A program made the translations under genes and the position numbers. Under the pieces are notes generated by a model. It was not told the origin of the DNA. It did not search any database and was given only the letters and a program-made list of their open reading frames with translations. Source: Allobaculum fili (lineage in GTDB: Bacteria > Bacillota_I > Bacilli_A > Erysipelotrichales > Erysipelotrichaceae). From it: a stretch of DNA of 32,000 nt. Where the stretch lies: contig NZ_JAHDSX010000027.1 in assembly GCF_020969955.1 (NCBI RefSeq), positions 1,399-33,398 on the forward strand, given 5' to 3'. Shown here piece by piece: positions 27,151-32,000 of the stretch (position 1 is the first letter of the stretch; each line of letters begins with the position of its first letter).

Positions 27151-28176
27151 TCAGAGATCCTCGGGAAGAACCTGCTGCAGGACGCGAAAAACGTTTTCGC
27201 CCATGACTTTGGCAATGTCTTCTTCACTCCAGCCCGCTTTTTCTAAGGCGTCCGCCAGCTTCTGCATCTGCGAAGCGTCTTCAATTTCGACTTTGGAGTG
27301 AATGCCGTCAAAATCTGTACCGATCGCGCAGACGTCAATTCCGCCGGCTGCCCGCAGATGTTCAAGATGACGAATCATGTCTTCAAGCCGCGAGAGGTCT
27401 TCATCGTTTTCCCGTAAAAAGTCGGCACAGAAATTGAGACCGATCACGCCGCCCGTTTTGGCAATGGCGCGAATCTGCTCATCGCTGAGGTTGCGGCTGA
27501 CTTCGCATAACGCCCGACAGTTGGAATGAGAAGCAAGGACGGGTTTAGAGGCCATTTCCATCACATCCCAGAACGCCTTGTCTCCAAGATGCGAGACATC
27601 GATTAAAATGCCGAGTTCTTCGCATTTGTGAACGAACTGTTTGCCGTGTTCGGTCAGTCCCTTTTCTGTTTCTACGCGAAAAAGGGGAGCCGGTTTTCGG
27701 TAATCGACATCCGCAAGATCCGCAAAGGAAATGTTGGGGTGACCGATCGCGTTTGGATAGTTCCAGGTCAGCGCAATGAGCCGAACGCCCATGCGCTGCC
27801 AGAATTCGAGCAGGTCCAGATCCTGAAACATCACATCGCCTTCTTCCAGAGAAAGCAGAACGCCAGTTTTCGAAGAGTTTTGTAAAGCATCCAGATCCTT
27901 GCGGGTAAAGATCGGAAGCAGAAAAGCACGATGTATGTGCATCTGCTTCTGAAATTCGTTCAGCAGACGAAGCGCTTCGTGTTCGGGCTGACGGCCGTTG
28001 CCGCGATCAGTAAACAGCGCAAACGTCTGCAGCGCCACGCCGCCTTTTCGAAGTTTTTGAATATCGATGCAAAGATCGTTTTTTGCCAGAGAGGCGTCCT
28101 GATTCTGATCGCGGCGTTCGCGCAAAGCGAGAATGGTATCGCAGTGCAGATCGCATACGGGATACGTTTTTGTCAT
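27151..28176 (-). CDS. Dipeptidase, peptidase family M19
   Basis: Track ORF 27151..28332, trimmed to ATG 28176 (AGGAAAGGA upstream). Contains CDLHCDT, LIALTWN, IDVSHLGDKAFWDV, ASHSNCRALC..SRNLSDEQI, GGVIGLNF and IGTDFDG. Confidence 0.85.
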   Translation of the reverse strand: MTKTYPVCDLHCDTILALRERRDQNQDASLAKNDLCIDIQKLRKGGVALQTFALFTDRGNGRQPEHEALRLLNEFQKQMHIHRAFLLPIFTRKDLDALQNSSKTGVLLSLEEGDVMFQDLDLLEFWQRMGVRLIALTWNYPNAIGHPNISFADLADVDYRKPAPLFRVETEKGLTEHGKQFVHKCEELGILIDVSHLGDKAFWDVMEMASKPVLASHSNCRALCEVSRNLSDEQIRAIAKTGGVIGLNFCADFLRENDEDLSRLEDMIRHLEHLRAAGGIDVCAIGTDFDGIHSKVEIEDASQMQKLADALEKAGWSEEDIAKVMGENVFRVLQQVLPEDL

Positions 28177-28534
28177 GGATCGTTTTTCCTTTCCTGCCGG
28201 GTATGAAATCGAATCGAGAGGGATATGGACCCGGCTTAAACCGTGTTCGTCTTTGATTTTAACGGCTGCACAAAAACAGGCGATCCTCTCGAAGCAAAAT
28301 GACAGAATTGTCTGAACCTGTACATTATCCAATCTCGTGTCCGTCCAAAAAGAGTTTTCCTTTTTCGAGGGGCGTGTAACGCGCTACTATATTTTCTAAA
28401 GTTTCTCTTTTGTGTTGTCCTTTCACGGACTGTACCCCGAAAAGTGGACACGAAAGAGAGGATCATCCTGGATCCTGCATATTTACAGAATTCCATAGAA
28501 AGGAAACAGTCCCTTAAGACCTTAAGAAACGCCA

Positions 28535-29089
28535 ATGTATACGATTCGATTTGCGAAAAAGGAAGAGGCCAGAAGACTTCTGGAAATTTATAGACCGTAT
28601 GTGGAAAACACGGCGATTACGTTTGAGTGGGATGTACCTACCCTCGAAGAGTTTGAACACCGTATTGAAACCATTCAGAAGCACTATCCGTATCTGGTTC
28701 TAGAAGAGAAAGGCAAAATCATGGGCTACGCCTATGTCGCTCCATTTAAGGAAAGACAGGCATACGCCTGGAGTGTCGAAACCAGCATTTATCTGGATCG
28801 AAATTCCCGTCACAAAGGGTATGGCTCCAGACTTTATGAGGCCCTCGAAGAAGAATGCCGCAAAGCTGGATTCATCAATTTTTACGCCTGTATTGCCATC
28901 CCTTCCTGTAAGGACGATCCGTATCTGAATCTGGACAGCGTTCGTTTTCATGAAGCCAGAGGATTTAAGGAGTGTGGCCGCTTTGACAACTGCGCGTTCA
29001 AGTTTGATCGTTCCTACGGCATCGTCTGGATGGAACATCGCATTCAGGACTATACGCTTCCTCCCAAACCGGTAAAGACGATCGGCTAA
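28535..29089 (+). CDS. GNAT family N-acetyltransferase (phosphinothricin-acetyltransferase-like)
   Basis: 184 aa. Contains IYRPYVENTAITFEWDVPTLEEFEHRI, YAWSVETSIYLD...HKGYGSRLYEAL and FHEARGF. Confidence 0.8.
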   Translation: MYTIRFAKKEEARRLLEIYRPYVENTAITFEWDVPTLEEFEHRIETIQKHYPYLVLEEKGKIMGYAYVAPFKERQAYAWSVETSIYLDRNSRHKGYGSRLYEALEEECRKAGFINFYACIAIPSCKDDPYLNLDSVRFHEARGFKECGRFDNCAFKFDRSYGIVWMEHRIQDYTLPPKPVKTIG

Positions 29090-29116
29090 ACCTGCCAGTC
29101 GAAACTTTGCACAGGC

Positions 29117-29179
29117 AAAAGAAAGGGAAGAAAAGAAAGGGAAAAGGGAAGACAAAAAGAAAAGAGGCATAAGAAAAGG
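29117..29179. repeat. Polypurine/polypyrimidine tract (63 nt with 3 pyrimidines on the plus strand)
   Basis: aaaagaaagggaagaaaagaaagggaaaagggaaga-c-aaaaagaaaagagg-cat-aagaaaagg, read directly from the sequence. Confidence 0.8.
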
Positions 29180-29209
29180 CTGTTCATGCAGGAATGCACG
29201 GGCAGCCTT
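29176..29209 (-). terminator. Probable terminator of 29274..30884 gene
   Basis: 7-bp stem aaggctg / cagcctt with an inner tgca/tgca pairing. The minus strand is followed by TTTTCTTAT. Confidence 0.45.
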
Positions 29210-29273
29210 TGGCATTATTTTGATCTGAATAAGATTTTGTGCTGGCTTATTCTGGATGGGAAATGGATTGGAA

Positions 29274-30884
29274 TTATTCAACAACCCACCAGGCAACGCC
29301 TTCACCGAGCCATCCGCTGGAAATGAGGAATACATTTTCCTTGCGGCTTGTTGTGAAGTGGTGCGAGCCGGCCTGATCGGCGTTCGGATTGTATGTACGG
29401 AATACAGGTACGCCTTTTCCAAGCGCGTTGGAGTACCAGGCGATGCCTTCATATTTCCAGCCGAGATCGGTAAGAACGTTCATTTCCTGCTCATCGAGCG
29501 TGAAGTGATGATCGCGGTTGTTCGGGTTGTACAGACGGTAAACCGGTTCGCTGGATGTTTCCGGGGAAACCCAGGCCAGACCTTCATCATACCAGCCGAT
29601 CGCGGACAGGTAGTTTTTCTCGCGGACATCCTGAGTAAAGAGGTGTTCGCCCGTGTTCGGGTTGTAAACGCGGTAGAGGTTTACCGTTGGGCCAACTTCT
29701 TCTTCTCCGCCGGTATCCACGGTTTTGTCGAAGGTATAGGTGTAGGCAGCATCGTATTCCTCATTGGAGAGAACAATGCCGTTTTCATCGGTGTTGATTT
29801 CTTCGGTCCAGCGGCCTTTGCTCTGGTCAAAGCCTTCGAGAGCAACCATGCCGGTTGGAATGAGAGACGCATCGAGGGTACCAGCAGCGTGTGCGCCGTC
29901 ATTGGTTTTCACCATGTCCATGTCGATCTCTACGACTTTCGCATCGGCGGAACCGTCATCCCAGTTACCGTTTTCTACATGGAAAGCCACTTTGCCGGAC
30001 GGTACGTCCAGTTCGAGACCGGTCTGGTCAATTACGCCGGTGAAGCGAATCGGAACGATCAAGGCCATCCAGGGATCCAGGTCAATGTTTCCGTGGAAGG
30101 TTGAGGTGCTCAGAATCGCCTGACCGCCTTTCTGGAAGTTTTCGTCCTTAATGAAGAGCGCGCCTTCTGGAGAGTAGGCATGGATTGTTTTCGGCTGTGT
30201 TGTTTTGTCGTCATCGAGCGTCTTGCAGGATACTTTGCCTGTTCCGTTTTCGTTGATTTCAAAGCGAACGGTGATTGTACCGGTCGTCGCATCATAAGAA
30301 GCCTGGGTACATTTCATGAACTTGAAGAAGCCTTCGGCAGCTGCGCCGCTTCCTTCTTCAAATACCTTCTGCCATGCCGATGTGTCGCAGAGAATGTCTT
30401 CGTTTACCGATACGATTTCCGGATTGATCTGGAACGTATAGGTGTAGCTTCCCTTGAGGGATTTTGTGTAAAACTGAGGTTTGCTGTTGGCCATGATGTA
30501 CGCCAGACGGAAGGTTCTGTAGCTGTTCCATACGTTGGTCATGTCCAGATCGCCGCCGATCTGCACCTGACTCTGACCTTTACCTGGCTGATAGAGCAGG
30601 GAGTCCATCGGAGTGCCATCTACTAGCGTATCGATCGTCAGATCGCAGTTTACGTCGGTACCTTCGCGGTATGTCGCAGGAAGGTCACTGGCCAGAATCA
30701 TTTTTTCTTCTTCCGAAAGCGTTTCGTTGATGTCAGCCTGGCTGTTTTCCGACAGGGTGAAACTTTCCATCTGAGTCATTTCCTCTTCCTGAGCAAACGC
30801 CTGAACCGGAGAGAGGGTCATTGCAGCGGTGCTAAGGATCATAGAGGTACTCAGAGCAAGTTGTAAAAATTTGTTCTTTTTCAT
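29274..30884 (-). CDS. Secreted protein with three C-terminal DUF5648-type repeats
   Basis: ATG 30884 follows AGGAGA (6-nt spacing). Signal peptide MKKNKFLQLALSTSMILSTAAMTLSPVQAFA. Three C-terminal repeats read 'YR.YNPN...HHFT......L...GW..EG.AW'. The family name is from memory. Confidence 0.8.
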   Translation of the reverse strand: MKKNKFLQLALSTSMILSTAAMTLSPVQAFAQEEEMTQMESFTLSENSQADINETLSEEEKMILASDLPATYREGTDVNCDLTIDTLVDGTPMDSLLYQPGKGQSQVQIGGDLDMTNVWNSYRTFRLAYIMANSKPQFYTKSLKGSYTYTFQINPEIVSVNEDILCDTSAWQKVFEEGSGAAAEGFFKFMKCTQASYDATTGTITVRFEINENGTGKVSCKTLDDDKTTQPKTIHAYSPEGALFIKDENFQKGGQAILSTSTFHGNIDLDPWMALIVPIRFTGVIDQTGLELDVPSGKVAFHVENGNWDDGSADAKVVEIDMDMVKTNDGAHAAGTLDASLIPTGMVALEGFDQSKGRWTEEINTDENGIVLSNEEYDAAYTYTFDKTVDTGGEEEVGPTVNLYRVYNPNTGEHLFTQDVREKNYLSAIGWYDEGLAWVSPETSSEPVYRLYNPNNRDHHFTLDEQEMNVLTDLGWKYEGIAWYSNALGKGVPVFRTYNPNADQAGSHHFTTSRKENVFLISSGWLGEGVAWWVVE

Positions 30885-31119
30885 ATCATTTCTCCTATAA
30901 ATCGCTGTATTTGAATTGAACTTGCGTAAACAAGTCGCAATCACTTCGTATTCTAAGTATTATAATATAATTTAATATTCATTCATCGATGCGACGCAAA
31001 TCATATCATGAAGCCATACTCCATGCGACATGAATACTGCATTTGAAAGCGGATCATATAATTTCACACAAAGGATACAAAATTGTTCGAATAGCAAATA
31101 AAGATCACATTAATGAAAA

Positions 31120-31148
31120 GAAGCGCAGCCGGCCTGCGCTTCTTTTTT
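31120..31148. terminator. Bidirectional terminator hairpin in a gene-free region
   Basis: 9-bp stem gaagcgcag / ctgcgcttc. T6 follows on the plus strand and TTTTCATT on the minus strand. Confidence 0.6.
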
Positions 31149-31210
31149 GAAGAATATGGGAAAGACGACAGTCCGAAAGACTCGCCTGTGCCCGGAACAT
31201 CCTTCTCAAA

Positions 31211-31248
31211 ACCAAAGAAAAAGATCGGCCGTTTCCATTGCCGATCTT
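31211..31248 (-). terminator. Minus-strand terminator hairpin
   Basis: Perfect 9-bp stem aagatcggc / gccgatctt. The minus strand is followed by TTTTTCTTT. Confidence 0.55.
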
Positions 31249-31567
31249 CTGGTCTGTCTCATTCCTGTTTGGTCGGTTCGAACAGACGGGAAGTGCTGTT
31301 TAGATTGCTGATTCCGGTATCCAGGAAAAGCCGTCTGTTCAATTTCGATCTTCGGACTGGATCCATTTTCTATTTTCCGAATGCATCCATCAACAGACGG
31401 AATTCCTCTTGTGCCTGGCGTTATTTCCGATCTGTCTCATCCCGTTCGTGGATCGGACCTTATTTCGCTGCGCTTACTGTCTCAGGCTTGTTTCTCTCCG
31501 TTGGCAGAATGAGCGTCGGACTGATTTCGTATCAGGCGATTTTTTCGTCGGTCCAGCCGGCATCGCG

Positions 31568-32000
31568 GGTATGTCAAAAATTTTGTGTAAATTCGTTTTT
31601 TGGTAGTTGAAACATTTGGCCGTTTCGAAGGCTCAAAACACCTCGCTGGACGAGGAGCGAGTGAAAATTTCTGGAGCGGCCCTTTATAGCGGGCGCCCCT
31701 CTTGCTAGACTTGTGACGTCCCTGCCAGGGTGGCATTTTTTCGACGGCGGGGACGTCTTTAGGGGGTGCAGGGGGAGCGGGGACCCGCTGTAAAGGGTTT
31801 AAGCGGAAGAAAATTTCATGAGCGGATTTCGGATCTGCCGCTTATCTGGCTGAGTACTTCTCCAGCCTGGCGCCCAGTTCTTCCTCGCACAGGAGCTGAT
31901 TGCGTACCATTGCCCAGTTTTGAACCGTTCGTCCCTGCCATTTCTTCTCAAGCTCCACAATGCGTAGATACAAAGCCTTATAAACTGAATCCTCATTTGG
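31568..32000 (-). mobile_element. IS256-family insertion sequence, 3' part (continues beyond window)
   Basis: The transposase C-terminus lies at 31842-32000. A candidate terminal inverted repeat at ~31568-31595 (gggtatgtcaaaaattttgtgtaaattc) shares the TTGTGTAAA core and several outer positions with the IS256 IR as I remember it. The boundary is uncertain. Confidence 0.45.
31842..32000 (-). CDS. IS256-family (Mutator-type) transposase, C-terminal 52 aa, truncated by window edge
   Basis: Minus-strand frame from 32000: PNEDSVYKALYLRIVELEKKWQGRTVQNWAMVRNQLLCEEELGARLEKYSAR*. This fits the conserved IS256-family C-terminus (FP.e.s..KlLYL......kKW......NW......QL). It is not in the supplied ORF track because it has no start codon in the window. 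Confidence 0.75.
   Translation of the reverse strand, partial: PNEDSVYKALYLRIVELEKKWQGRTVQNWAMVRNQLLCEEELGARLEKYSAR

Noticed and set aside
31113-31610. 165-aa plus-strand ORF in the gene-free region
   Set aside because: It starts inside a terminator hairpin, is R/S/F/C-rich with no RBS, and the region reads better as non-coding structured DNA.
31799-31996. 65-aa minus-strand track ORF at the right edge
   Set aside because: It is in the wrong frame. The adjacent frame gives a clean IS256-family transposase C-terminus ending at 31842.

Overview
Chromosomal segment of a moderate-GC, Bacillota-like bacterium (GGAGG-type RBSs, many rho-independent terminators, a surface protein with DUF285 and Listeria-Bacteroides repeats). 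Most of it is housekeeping: a partial M29 aminopeptidase, DAHP synthase, htpG, a yhhQ-tgt queuosine-salvage pair, a hisS-aspS operon with a long structured leader, a heterodimeric ABC exporter pair, plsY, an M19 dipeptidase and a GNAT acetyltransferase. Accessory content comprises a marR-linked MATE efflux gene that looks frameshifted (with clear operator palindromes in its promoter), two large secreted or surface proteins, a few orphan ORFs, a gene-free structured region, and the 3' end of an IS256-family element at the right edge. The stand-out is a lower-GC single-gene cassette (17085-18146, minus strand) bracketed by terminators between aspS and a surface-protein gene. It encodes an N-terminal TIR domain, with a WxxxE putative catalytic Glu, fused to a ~200-aa uncharacterised C-terminal domain. 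None of the partner genes used by known TIR systems (Thoeris, CBASS, SPARTA) lies nearby, so it is a candidate single-polypeptide TIR/NADase immune system. No CRISPR array, rRNA or convincing tRNA was seen. All domain calls come from reading the translated ORFs by eye; no database search was run.
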